Assembly (NCBI RefSeq): GCF_004010195.1
Contig: NC_057751.1
Location: 16,678,724 to 16,718,887 of the forward strand
From: Chiloscyllium plagiosum
Lineage: Eukaryota
Length of the DNA: 40,164 nt
Reading direction: 5' to 3'
In this document: piece by piece, positions 23,821-34,736 of the stretch
Numbering within the stretch: position 1 is the stretch's first letter
Layout: each line of letters starts with the position of its first letter
Position numbers and translations under genes: made by a program
The notes under the pieces: model-generated
Database searches by the model: none
Seen by the model: only the letters and a program-made list of their open reading frames with translations
What the model was told of the DNA's origin: nothing

Positions 23821-24289
23821 TGAGTAAAATCGGTTAAGAAAGGGTTAAGTCATCCAGAGCTGACGGGGTTAATCACTAACATGAGTCAAAACAGGTCGCT
23901 GGGAGACACATTTTAAATCACTTTGATGTCTAAGAGTGTGTAATTCTAGTGCACAGCCAGAGACTGCAGACTAAAGGGATCTGTCTTGGCGGGGGGACAC
24001 ACTTACTCCTTACAGAGCCACCTGAAGCTACAGTTTTACTGAGGTTGGTGGTGGAGGAAGGGACGTGCGTTTGTCTAGCGCCTGGGGAGGGGGGGAATGA
24101 CACTACCTTAAAGGGGAGCACCGTCAAAAGTGTCAGCTAAGAAAGACAGAGTGCACCCTCTTCCCCTAGATCTGGGAGCAATAAATCCTGTCTGTGTTTA
24201 CACCAGAGCCCTGCTGTTCTGTAACACAGAGGCTCCACTCAGCTTTTGGGAGGAGCTTAAGGAAACGTTTATGCAACGTTTGGCTCTCT

Positions 24290-24532
24290 CTATATATATA
24301 TATATAAAGGGGGAGGGCAGGGAGACTTTGCGACTCGAGCTCTGTGGATCTGATGTGACTGTGTGGCCTATTCTCTCTGACAGAGAGTGTGGGGACGTGG
24401 GTGCACTGCAGCCATGAAGCGAGAGAGAGAGGACAGACTGAAACTGACGGGTGAGTGTTTGGGCTGAGACTGACGGGGGTGAATGTGTGTTTGTTGAGGG
24501 AGGGGGGGGGGTGGGAACTACAAAACCCCAGC
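24290..24532 (+). promoter_or_regulatory. Putative GGCX promoter region
   Basis: (TA)n ending in TATATAAAG at about 24301-24309, roughly 105 nt before the ATG. GGGAACTACAAAACCCCAGC at 24513-24532 resembles the ZNF143/THAP11 ACTACAnnTCCCAG motif. Confidence 0.4.
24414..24450 (+). CDS. GGCX: Probable GGCX coding exon 1 (MKREREDRLKLT + phase-1 G)
   Basis: GCAGCC-ATG start context and a consensus donor G|GTGAGT at 24451. The phase-1 end matches the phase-1 start of exon 2, 1.7 kb downstream. The peptide is not conserved, so the call rests on position and phase. Confidence 0.7.
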
Positions 24533-25089
24533 CAAAACAAAATGAAAAGCCTTACCCCCTCACCACACAACTTGAGCAAGAAAAAATGCCACCTCAGAAC
24601 AAGGGTCCACATTAGCATTCCTGCCAAAATAAATAATGGGGAATGATTTATAACTGGGGGAGGAGGGGTTATAAATGGGAAGGGTCTGCAATCTCTAAAC
24701 CCTTTGGAATTAAACATGCCTTGCCCAGCCCTCATATTGAAAGGGGCTCAAAAAAACATTTACCGGCTGGTGGCAGTCGAAGTATTTTAAGGCAACCCCC
24801 ACCAGATGAATTTTTTTGTTTTTGAAAGGACGGATCCCTAATAGAGTCACCAGGAAAGCTGTCTCCCAAAGCGGGGTTTTAACCTGAGGGTGACCGGTAT
24901 GAGTAGGGGTGGGGGAATTGGTCATCTCAGTGGGGTGACAGGAATCAAACCTGCGTTGCCAGCTAACTGGCCTGTGGTGCGAGCTGCACTGTACATTTCA
25001 GGAGGAAAAATAGAATCCTACGTCCACGCTGACAGCTTTTGAACAGCGTCCCACCTATCCAACCCCTCCCCCCATGACTTTGCATTTTC

Positions 25090-25290
25090 CAGGGTCAATC
25101 CACCCTCATCTGCACTGGCCCTGGGGTAATTTAGCATGGCATTCTTCCCCCCCCCCCACCAACCTGCACATCTTTCTGGGAAACTCAGGGGAGTGCGCAA
25201 ACTCCACACGGTCGCCTGAGGGTGGAATCGAACCCAAGACCCTGGCGCTGTGAGGCAGCAGCGCTAACCACTGTGCCACAATGCTACCCA
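25090..25290 (-). mobile_element. Degenerate HE1-type SINE
   Basis: tRNA-like head and a partial 52-bp unit. Confidence 0.75.
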
Positions 25291-25292
25291 TT

Positions 25293-25600
25293 GAGGAGGT
25301 AATGGCCTATCAGCATTATCGCTGGCCTGTTAAACCAGATAATGTTCTGGGCACACAAGTTTGAATCCCACCATGGTGGAATTTTCAATTCAGTCAAGAA
25401 TTAAGAGTCTCAAGGTGAGACTCCTTGTCGGAAAACCCCATCTGGTTCACTCATGTCTTTGAGGGAAGGAAACTGTCATGCTTACCTGGTCTGGGCCTAC
25501 ATGTGACCCAGACCCAGCTCTTAACTGCCAATTGGGGATGGGCAATAAATAATGGCCTAGCCAGCGATGCTGTCATCCCGCGAATGAATAAAGAGGGAAA
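25293..25600 (+). mobile_element. tRNA-derived SINE, second family
   Basis: Same core and tail as 19152-19475. Confidence 0.8.
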
Positions 25601-25695
25601 AAAACTCTCACGTACGTGTGATATTATGCAAAATTATTTTCGGGTGGAGGGGGGGAAGGGGATGTTCCAAAAGTAGACAGCAACAAAGGGCAATT

Positions 25696-26106
25696 GGGGT
25701 GGCACGGTGGCTCAGTGGTTAGTACTGCTGCCTCACAGCGCTAGGGACCTAGGTTCGATTCCAGTCTCGGGCGACTGTCTGTGTAGAATTTGCATATTCT
25801 CCCTGTGTTTGTGTGGGTTTGCTCCGGTTTCCTCCCACAATCCAAAGATGTGCAGGTTAGGGTGGATTGGCCATGCTAAGTTACCCATAGTGCTCAGGGA
25901 TGTGCAGGTTAGGGTGGATTGGCCGTGCTAAATTACCCATAGTGTTCAGGGATGTGCAGGTTAGGGTGGATTGGCTATGCTAAATTGCCCATAATATTAG
26001 GTGCATTAGTCAGAGGGAAATGGGTTGTGGTGGGTTACTCTTCGGAGGGTCGGTGTGGACTGGTTGGACCGAAGGGTCTATTTCCACACTGTAGGGAATC
26101 TAATCT
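25696..26106 (+). mobile_element. HE1-type SINE (3 internal 52-bp units), ending ~77 nt before GGCX exon 2
   Basis: GGCACGGTGGCTCAGTGG...GGTTCGATTCC head and GGGAATCTAATCT tail. Confidence 0.92.
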
Positions 26107-26183
26107 TAAAAACATGAAAATGAATTATGTTTTCTTTCTTGGGGGGTGGTGTTGGGTTGGGGTTTGTGAAGACTCATCATTAG

Positions 26184-26369
26184 GTTCCCATCCTCCGAAT
26201 GTGCCTGAGAGGAGTGTCCCGCAGGACGAAGGGGTGGAGGGGCGGGTCAGCAGAACGAAGAGGATCTTTGGGTTCGAGCTGTCGGATTTCCGAAACTGGC
26301 GTCGATTTGTTAGCCTTCTGAACCGGCCCACGGACCCGGCCTGTCTCGGCGTCTTCAGGTTTCTCTTCG
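26184..26369 (+). CDS. GGCX: GGCX exon 2
   Basis: Encodes ...[36 protein letters not shown](G), matching human [36 protein letters not shown]. Donor G|GTGAGT at 26370. The acceptor cattag|GT is the likely one; tgaag at 26171 is an in-phase alternative. Confidence 0.95.
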
Positions 26370-26689
26370 GTGAGTACGGCCCCACCCTCGTTCTCTTCAA
26401 ACGTCGACGCGCTCAGCGGCTGAAGTGTCGCCTCTCGGGCCACCTGTCCCAGTGAGAGGTCGGAGCACAAGGCTGCTACCCCAATGCAGTCCTGAGAGAG
26501 CCGCAGGTCCTGTTGTGAAGTCCGGCTGGGAATAGCGTAAGCAATCCACAGGCGATTTGAGGGACGGGATTGGTGAGTGGGCCAAAATGTGGCCGATGGA
26601 ATGTAATGTGAAGTGACTGGAAGAACAGAGGAGCTGAATATCGTTTTTTTTTCCTGGTGGGGTCAGGCTGCAGAGAGCTTTCGAGGAGT

Positions 26690-27620
26690 TGGAATGGAAA
26701 TTTATTGTCGTGTGTACTTCCATGTGGAAAGTTGCCCCCACCACAGTTCCAACATCAATGACAGAAATCGTGCCTGATGATGTTTAACAAAAGTAAAATT
26801 AAGTCAAATTTCATGACAGTTCAGGGAATGGTTTGAGGAAAGTCGAGTTAGGAACGATGTAGCTGGGCTGAGACCACCATTCCGGGCCATCGGATTCTAG
26901 GCCTGGATGTAGGTTTGCCCTATTAGGTAATCTCTTCAGTGGGCCTCAGGCGAAGCACTGCTCATAATCCCCGCTTTCTATTTATATGTTTGGGTTGGTG
27001 ATGTCATTTCCTGTGGTGATGTTATTTCCTGTTATGAGGCCACTTGCTGGTTTTTTTCAGGGGGTGGTAGATGGGGTCGAATTCGATGTGTTTGTTAATA
27101 GAATTCCAGTTGGAATGCCATGCTTCTAGGAATTCTTGTGCGTGTCTGTTTGGCTTGTCCATGGCTGGATGTGTTGTCCCAGTCGAAGTGGTGTCCCTCC
27201 TTATCTGTATGTAAGGATACAAGTGAGAGAGGGTTATGCTGTTTTGTGGCTAGGCCGGAAGCTTCCGCCAGCGAAGAATGCCACACCAGGCCGAGACCAT
27301 CTTTCTCTTCGTTCAGGCGCCTCGGCCTGGCCTGTGGGTGTGGAGCCTCGGCCTAGCCTGAGAATCCAGGCCGGGGGAGTCAGGCCACGATCTGCTCCTC
27401 GCTCGCCGGCTGGGAGAACCCGGGCTGGAGTAGAGCCATGTCTGGTTCATCCCGGCGTTGCTGCCAACAGAGATCTCCACCTTCACCCGCCACTCTCTAA
27501 GGCTTCATAGAAAAGAAAACAAAGGGAGAAAAAGAGCAAAAGTAAAAAAAAGGAGGGAAAAAGAAAGAGAAAGAAAGGTGACGAGCCTTAGATTCAGCTT
27601 CCTACTCTGCCGCCATCTTG
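26690..27620 (-). mobile_element. Composite retroposon, copy B (about 2 VNTR units), interrupted by Penelope
   Basis: Head CAAGATGGCGGCAGAGTAGGAAG; tail GTACACACGACAATAAATTTCCATTCC. Confidence 0.65.
26904..27249 (-). mobile_element. Penelope-like element 3' fragment (GIY-YIG C-terminus)
   Basis: SLVSLHTDKEGHHFDWDNTS...QAKQ / EFLEAWHSNWNSINKHIEFDPIY. Flanked by CTAGGCC at 26897-26903 and 27250-27256. Confidence 0.85.
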
Positions 27621-28071
27621 GAAAAAAAAAGTTGGATGCAATGCTTGGGTCTAAAGGGATTGGAGGATAATGGGGAAACTTTCTGTCTTGCATTTGAGCG
27701 GGACCAATGGCAAATTTCTTTGGCAAAGACAATTTGTATCGCGTGAGCTAAAGGCTGATGGTCAAGCAAGTTGACTTTGTTTGAGCTGTCGTTCTGGAGA
27801 GTGCGCCAAATAACAACAGACCCGAAACATTTTTCGCTCAGTTGAAAAGTACGTTGTGCCTGGACATGTTCCTTTTGTTTGCAAAGGATGGTGCCATGGA
27901 CACATTAAGCTTCCAACTTGCCTCTATTAAATTTGAGAAAAACGAGGCACTGAATAATTCGAGCAAGAGATGGTTGGGGGGGGGGCGGGGATCGTGAGAA
28001 AGAGTTTCTTTTTTTTTAAAATCCCCGCAGTGAGTGGGAATGAATCCTTTGCCAACGAAAGCAGCAGAAGC

Positions 28072-29640
28072 AGAGTCATACACCACAAAAACAGACCCTT
28101 CGGCCCAACTAGTCCGTGCCAACCATATTCCCAAACTGAACCAGACACACCTGCCTGTGCTTGGCCTATATTCTGTCAAACCTTTCCCTATTCACATACT
28201 TTTTCAAATGTCTGTACCTGCATCCATCACTTCCTCTGGATGTCCATTCCACGCTCTGTGTTTTTTAAAAAAAATTTGCCCCTCATGTCCTTTTTTTTTA
28301 AAAATATCTTTCCCCTCTCACTTTAAAAATATTCCCCCTAGTCTTGAACTCTCCCACCCTAGGGAAAAGAGCTTTGCCAGTCACCTTATCCATGCTCCCT
28401 CATGATTTTATAAACCTCTATAAGATCACCCCTCAGCCTCCGACACTCCAGTGATAAAAGTCCCAGCTTCTCGTAATAACTCAAACCCTCCATTAGCATC
28501 CAGCTAAATCTTTTCAGAACCCTCTCCAGTTTAATAATATCCTTCCTATATAACAGGGTGACCAGAACTGGGCACAGTGCACCAGAAGAGGTCTCACCAA
28601 TGTCCTGTACAACCCCAACGTGACGTCTCAAATCTTGTACTCCCAAGATGTGAGCCATGAAGGCAAGCGTACCAAATATCTCCCTCTCCACCTGATCAGA
28701 TTAGATTCTCTACGGTGTGGAAACAGGCCCTTTGGCCCAACCAGTCCACACCAACCCTCTGAAGAGTAACCCACCCAGACCCATTTCCCTCTGGCTAATG
28801 CACCTAACACTATGGGCAATTTAGCACAGCCAATCCACCCTAACCTGAACATCCCTGAGCACTATGGGTAATTTAGCATGGCCAATCCACCCTAACCTGC
28901 ACATCCCTGAGCACTATGGGTAATTTAGCATGGCCAATCCACCCTAACCTGCACATCCCTGAGCACTATGGGTAATTTAGCATGGCCAATCCACCCTAAC
29001 CTGCACATCTTTGGATTGTGGGAGGAAACTGGAGCACCTGGAGGAAACCCACGCAGACACGGGGAGAATGTGCAAACTCCACACAGATGGTCGCCCGAGG
29101 CTGGAATCGAACCTGAGACGCTGGTGCTGTGAGGCAGCAGTGCTAACCACAGAGCCACCGTGCCGCCCCATATGCAAATTTCAAAGAATTATGTACCTGA
29201 ACCCCTAGGTCTCTCTGTTCTACCCAGGGCCTTCCCATTACTTGTATAGGTCTTGTCTTTGTTACCTTTTGCCAAAATGCAATATCCAAATTAAACGCCA
29301 TCTGCCCGTTGACCAAGATCTCTTTGCAATCTCAGATAGCCTGTCCACTATACCACCAATTTTGGTGTCATTCACAAATGTACAAACTGTGTTTATGTAA
29401 ATGACCAGCAAGAGAGGACCCAGCACCAATCCCTGTGGAACACCGCTGGTCACAGGCCTCCAGTCTGAAAAACAATCCTCCACCACCAACCACCACTACC
29501 CTCTGTCCCCTACTGTCAGGCCAAGTTTGCATCCTATTGGCCAGCCCACCCTGAATCCCACGTGATCCAACATTTTAACTGATTGGTTTACCCATGCAGA
29601 ACCTCATTGAAGACTTTGCGCAAGTCCATGGAAACAATAT
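28072..29640 (-). mobile_element. CR1 fragment split by an HE1 SINE
   Basis: SDWRPVTSGVPQGLVLGPLL on the 5' side and RRLRGDLIEVYK on the 3' side. Confidence 0.88.
28698..29168 (-). mobile_element. HE1-type SINE (4 internal 52-bp units)
   Basis: Units start near 28809, 28861, 28913 and 28965. Confidence 0.92.
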
Positions 29641-29904
29641 GGTGTGGAAAGGATGGTGTGGAGGGCACTGACTAGATTGCTTTACAGAGAGATGATGTCG
29701 ACTTGATGGACCGAATGGTCACCTTCTGTATTTTCATGATCTCTTTTTGTTCCGAAGGAGTGTCCCCGGCAATCCCTAGTCCCCGTTAGACGGATTCCTC
29801 CCATTCCTCTTGAAGGATTGACACTCATACCTAGAGGAGGGGAGTCACAGAGGAGCTGATACAGCCAAACCAAACTCTATTCCTGACCTCCCATCACCTG
29901 TCGC

Positions 29905-31210
29905 TTTTTTTTAACATAAATACTTTTATTAGAAACCTTTTTAAAATCTTTTATGAAACATCTATATACAAAAAAAATCAAACAAAGGAAAAATAGAGAC
30001 AGTACACAAAGTCATAATACAATTCGTAATGACAGGGTTGTTAAGAAAGAATATGGTGTTTTGGCTTTCATTAACAGGGGTATTGAGTTTAAGAGTCGTG
30101 AGATCTTGTTGCAGCTCTATAAAACTTCGGTTAGACCGCACTTGGAATACTGCGTCCAGTTCTGGTGGCCCTATTATAAGAAAGATGTGGATGCTTTGGA
30201 GAGGGTTCAGAGGAGGTTTACCAGGATGCTGCCTGGACTGGAGGGCTTATCTTATGAGGAGAGGTTGACTGAGCTCGGACTTTTTTTTTCATTGGAGAAA
30301 GGGAGGAGGAGAGGGGACCCAATTGAGGTATACAAGATAGTGACAGGCATAGATAGTCTCTGGCTATCGACTCTATTTCCCAGGGCAGAAATGACTAACA
30401 CGAGGGGGTCATAGTTTTAAGCTGGTTGGAGGAAAGTATAGAGGGGATGTCAGAGGCGGGTTCTTTACACAGAGGGTTGTGAGAGCGTGGAATGCGTTGC
30501 CAGCAGCAGTTTTGGAGGCAGGGTCATTGGGGACATTTAAGAGACTCCTGGACACGCATATGGTCACAGAAATTTGAGGGTGCAGACATGAGGACCAGTG
30601 GTCGGCACAACATCGTGGGCTGAAGGGCCTGTTCTGTGCTGTACTGTTCTATGTTCTATGAACTACCTACTATTCTACCAAAACAAACGTATATACTTAA
30701 CTTTTATTTAATTTGTTTGTAGTTTAGTTTCAGTTAAATTAAACTGAATTCAAATTAACTTAAATTATATCGCACTACGTTGTTCTACCTCACTCATCCC
30801 ACCAGGCTGCCATCCCTGGGAATACCAGTCATTGTTCTTTCCCCCCCCCCAGTCTCGCCCTCCCAGGACCCCACGGGCGTCCATACTGATTCCCACGGCT
30901 ATACCTAATTAATATTGCTGGTAAGTCTGCCTCAATATAATTTAGAAAGGGCCGCCATGTCTCGTAAAACCGCTCCGTTTTGTGGTGCGCCATGTTTGTG
31001 AGGTAGTCTTGGGGGAGATGCTCCATCACCAGCCTACGCCACCCCTGGTGATTTTTCTAATTCATTAAAATATTCGTCCCCGCACGACCGGTAAGAGTGT
31101 TACACAATCTCTTCCCGTGTTGTCCCCTCCCCAGAGAGGGCAAATTTGGCAACCCCAGAAGAAGAGATTTCGGACCCACCTTAACTTCAATCCCCCCCTG
31201 CCACCTCTTT
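29905..31210 (-). mobile_element. Fish-type L1-clade LINE 3' fragment, interrupted by CR1
   Basis: Minus strand ...NILMN...GWRRLVMEHLPQDYLTNMAHHKTERFYETWRPFLNYI (W.PFL end motif), then AATAAA and a short poly(A) ending at 29905. Confidence 0.75.
30029..30660 (+). mobile_element. CR1 subfamily with (TTCTATG)n tail inserted in the L1 3' UTR
   Basis: LAFINRGIEFKSREILLQLYK..VRPHLEYCVQFW; tail gttctatgttctatg. Confidence 0.92.
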
Positions 31211-31477
31211 AACATTGCAGTTTCAACTCCAAACCTCACGCGACTGAATTACATTTGCTCAAGAAACCTCGACGTTTTTTTTTTTAAAAAATGCGGTTGT
31301 CTGTCACGATAAATGATTCTGAGCGCCTCATTAGAGACCTTATTTGCAAATCGATCGCTGAAAATTGTCTGAATTCTGTGCATCCTTAAATCTTGTTTTA
31401 TATGTGGCTTGACTTTCAAAACTTCTCTTTAGAAATGAGCGATCGTTTTTTTTTTTGATCTCAGTTTGTTTTCGTGG

Positions 31478-32690
31478 TTGGAATACTGCATTCAGTCCCA
31501 GGCTCCCTGCTGTAGGAAATATGTCGTTAAACTTGAAAGGGTTTGGAAAAGATTTACAAGGCTGTCGGAGCGAGAGGCTGAATAGGCCGGGGCTGTTTTC
31601 CCTGAAACATCAGATGCCTTATCGAGGTTTGTAAAATCATGAGAGAGGCTAACAACTTTTCCCCAGGGTAAGGGAGTCTAAAGCTCGAGAGTATAGGTGA
31701 GAAGGGAAAGATTTAAAAGGGACCTAAGGGGCAACGTTTTCTCGCAGAGGGTGGTATGTGTGTGGAATGAGTTGCCAGAAGAAGTGGTGGAGGCTGGTAC
31801 AATGACCGCATTTAAAAGGCGTCTGGATGGGTACATGAATAGGAAGGGATATGGGCCAAGTGCTGGCGAATGGAAGGAGATTAATTTAGCATATCGGGTC
31901 AGCACGGATGGATTGGACCGAACGGCCTGCTCCTTGCTATCGGAAAAATGTTGCGAAAGTTGAAAGGGTTCAGGAAAGATTTAAAAGGATGCTGCCTGGG
32001 TTGGAGGATTTGAGGTACAGGGAGAGGCTGAACAGGCTGGGGCTGTTTTCCTTGGAGCGTCGGAGGCTGAGGGGGTGACCTTATAGAGGTCTATAACTCA
32101 TGAGGGGCATGGTTAGGGTAAATAGGCAAAGTCTTTTCCCTGGGGTGGGGGAGTCTAGAGCTGGAGGGGCATAGGTTTAGGGTGAGAGGGCAAAGATATA
32201 AAAGAGACCTAAGGGGCAACTTTTTCATGCAGAGGGTGGTACGTGTATGGAATGAGCTGCCAGAGGAAGTGGTGGAGGCTGGTACAACATTTAAGAGGCA
32301 TTTGGATGGGTATATGAATAGGAAGGGTTTGGAGGGATATGGGCCGGGTGCTGGCAGGTGGGACTAGATGGGGTTGGGATATCTGGGTCAGCATGGACGG
32401 GTTGGACCGAAGGGTCTGTTTCCATTGCTGTACATAGGTTAAAAACAAGGACTGCAGATGCTGGAAACCAGAGTCTCGATGAGAGTGGTGCTGGAAAAGC
32501 ACAGCAGGTCAGGCAGCATCCGAGGGGCAGGGAAATCGACATTTTGGGCAAAAGCCCTTCATCAGGAATGCCTGAAGGGCTTTTGCCCGAAACATCGATT
32601 TTCCTGCTCCTCGGATGCTGCCTGACCTGCTGTGCTTTTCCGGCACCACTGTCATCCAGACCCCCGTTGCTGTACATCTCTATGGCTCCC
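31478..32690 (+). mobile_element. Two tandem CR1 3' fragments
   Basis: ORF2 C-terminal motifs occur twice. The second tail is split by a Penelope insert. Confidence 0.88.
32436..32666. mobile_element. Penelope-derived insert with inverted pLTRs and 11-bp TSD
   Basis: TTGCTGTACAT at 32425-32435 and 32667-32677. Internal palindrome about 32484-32650. Confidence 0.85.
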
Positions 32691-33159
32691 GATTCCAAGG
32701 AGCTGCGGGCACTTGTCTTCATGCTGCGACGTGACGCAATAAAGAGCAGGCCGTTCAGCCCGTCAGTGTCCGTGCTGACTCCGTTAGCCCCACTCCGTTG
32801 CCCAGCTTGCTTGTGCCATTTTCCCGATGCCTCCACCAAACCTCTGGTAGGTCCATCGTTCGATCTCCAAGAGAAACGTCAGCAACAGCTTGTTCTTTCC
32901 ATTTCTAATCTTTCCCAGATTTCTCGTGAAATTCAAAGCGTCCGGAGCTTGTTACGTGGGGGCGAGATAATTGGGCCCATGTGGACAGCCACAGTTCATG
33001 AGCTCTGTACCTGCGTGTATTTTTAACAGAAGAGACGGTTTTCTCTCCTGGTTTTGGTTACGTGGTGCTGGCATGTGGTTTCCGAGCTGGTCCGAATGTT
33101 CTTTTCCATTTGCGCAATTTTAATACCAGCCTGATGGCCAGGGCTACCTCTGAATGTTT

Positions 33160-34205
33160 TCTCAAACACCCTGAGGGTGGGAGCCCCAGGATTCTGACTC
33201 ATTGACACTGTAGGAACGGCCGATATATTCCCGAGTCGGGACGGTGAGGGGCTCGGAGGGGAACTTGCAGGGGGTGGTGTTCCCATGTACCTGCTGCCCC
33301 TTGTCCTTCCCGATGGAAGTGGCCGTGGGGTTTGGAAGGTGCTGCCTGAGGAGCCTGGGGGAGTTGCTGCAGTGCGTCTTGTAGATGGTACCCACTGCTG
33401 CTACTGAGCCTCAGTTACAGCAAGTCAACTCTCTTTTGGACAGACATTACACCGAGAGACCCCTTTCAGATGGCTGGTCAGCGAGGGTTAACAATTAGTC
33501 AGTGAAGTCTTAAAAATCAGACATCCTCAATTATATGGGGCTGGTCCAGTTCAGTTTCTGGTCAATGGTAACCCCCAGGATGTTGATAGTGGGGGGGGAT
33601 TCAGTGATGGTAACACCATTGAATGTCAAGGGGGTGATGGTTAGATTCTCTCTTGTTGGAGACGGTAACCCCCAGGATGTTGATAGTGGGGGGATTCAGT
33701 GATGGTAACACCATTGAATCTCAAGGGATGATGGTTAGATTCTCTCTTGTTGGAGATGGTCACCCCCAGGATGTTGATAGTGGGGGGATTCAGTGATGGT
33801 AACACCATTGAATGTCAAGGGACAATGGTTAGATGGTCTCGTATTGGTGATGGTTATAGTCTGGCATTTGTGTGGCATGAATATTACTTGTCACTTATCA
33901 GCACAAGCCTGGATATTGCCCAGATCTTGTCGCAGACTGCTTCAGTCGCGAATGGTGCTGAACATCGTGCAATCATTGGTGCACATCCCCACGTCTGACC
34001 TTGTGATGGAGGGAAGGTCATTGAGGAAGCAGCTGAAGGTGGTTGGGCCTAGGGTCCTACCCTGAGGGACTCCTGCAGGGGATGTCCTGGGGCTGAGATG
34101 ACTGACCCTCCAACAACCACCACCACCTTCCTGTGGTGCCAGGTACGACTCCAACCAGGGGAGAGTTTGCCCCCCCCCCCCCCCGGGTGCCCACTGATTG
34201 CTGGA
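33160..34205 (-). mobile_element. Distinct CR1/L2-group LINE ORF2 remnant
   Basis: AGVPQGRTLGPTTFSCFLNDLPSITRSDVGMCTNDCTMFSTIRD (degenerate FADD) and C-terminal TIYKTHCSNSPRLLRQHLPNP. Confidence 0.85.
33568..33850. repeat. Tandem triplication of a ~95-bp LINE segment
   Basis: GGTAACCCCCAGGATGTTGATAGTGGGGGGATTCAGTGATGG... starts at 33568, 33664 and about 33758. Confidence 0.9.
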
Positions 34206-34577
34206 ATCCCGAGGAATTTCCGGGAAGGCCCGATCTTTCCAAAACGGAAGAATTTCATCCGTTCTCTTTGGTATCCCAAAGCGTTTCCTGGCGTGGTTTG
34301 GCTGAGGGGAGGGGAGTGTTTGATGCAAAAGACTATGTCATGCACCTCCCCTCCCACTACCACCTCCCGAGTGGTCACTCTTCAAGTGTGCACCACCAGT
34401 GCGGGCAGTTCAGCTGCGGGGGGGGACTCACAAAACAGTCCGTCGCTGATTGAGAAATGTTTTTATTTTGTTGTTGGAGAGGGTGCTGTTTCAAAGAGGC
34501 GTCGCAGGAACGTCTGAATCTGCGATTTAAAAAAAAAAGTTTTCCTCTCCAAAGCCTCTGTGTTGTTCCTCCTGCAG

Positions 34578-34736
34578 GTTTTCTGATGGCCCTGGATATC
34601 CCCCAGGAGCGAGGCCTGAGCTCGTTGGATTTCAGGTACTTTGACGGACTGGTGGTCTGTCGCTTCCCATTGTTCAACTCCCTGGACCCGCTCCCTTTGG
34701 ATTGGATGTATGTCGTCTTTGTGGTTATGTGGCTGG
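34578..34736 (+). CDS. GGCX: GGCX exon 3 (159 nt)
   Basis: Acceptor cctcctgcag| and donor G|GTAAGT. Encodes [53 protein letters not shown], including the conserved CRFP cysteine. Phase 1-1. Confidence 0.97.

Noticed and set aside
24414..24450. MKRERE as USP39 exon 1 (USP39 N-termini contain VKRERE)
   Set aside because: It is on the + strand, on the same contig as and in phase with GGCX exon 2. The likeness is explained by a short GA repeat.
25696..25770. tRNA-like sequence (also 1040-1113, 3360-3429, 19152-19235, 29095-29168)
   Set aside because: These are SINE heads that continue into SINE bodies, not free-standing tRNA genes.
25952..26455. 167-aa ORF as a single CDS
   Set aside because: A chimera of HE1 SINE, intron and GGCX exon 2.
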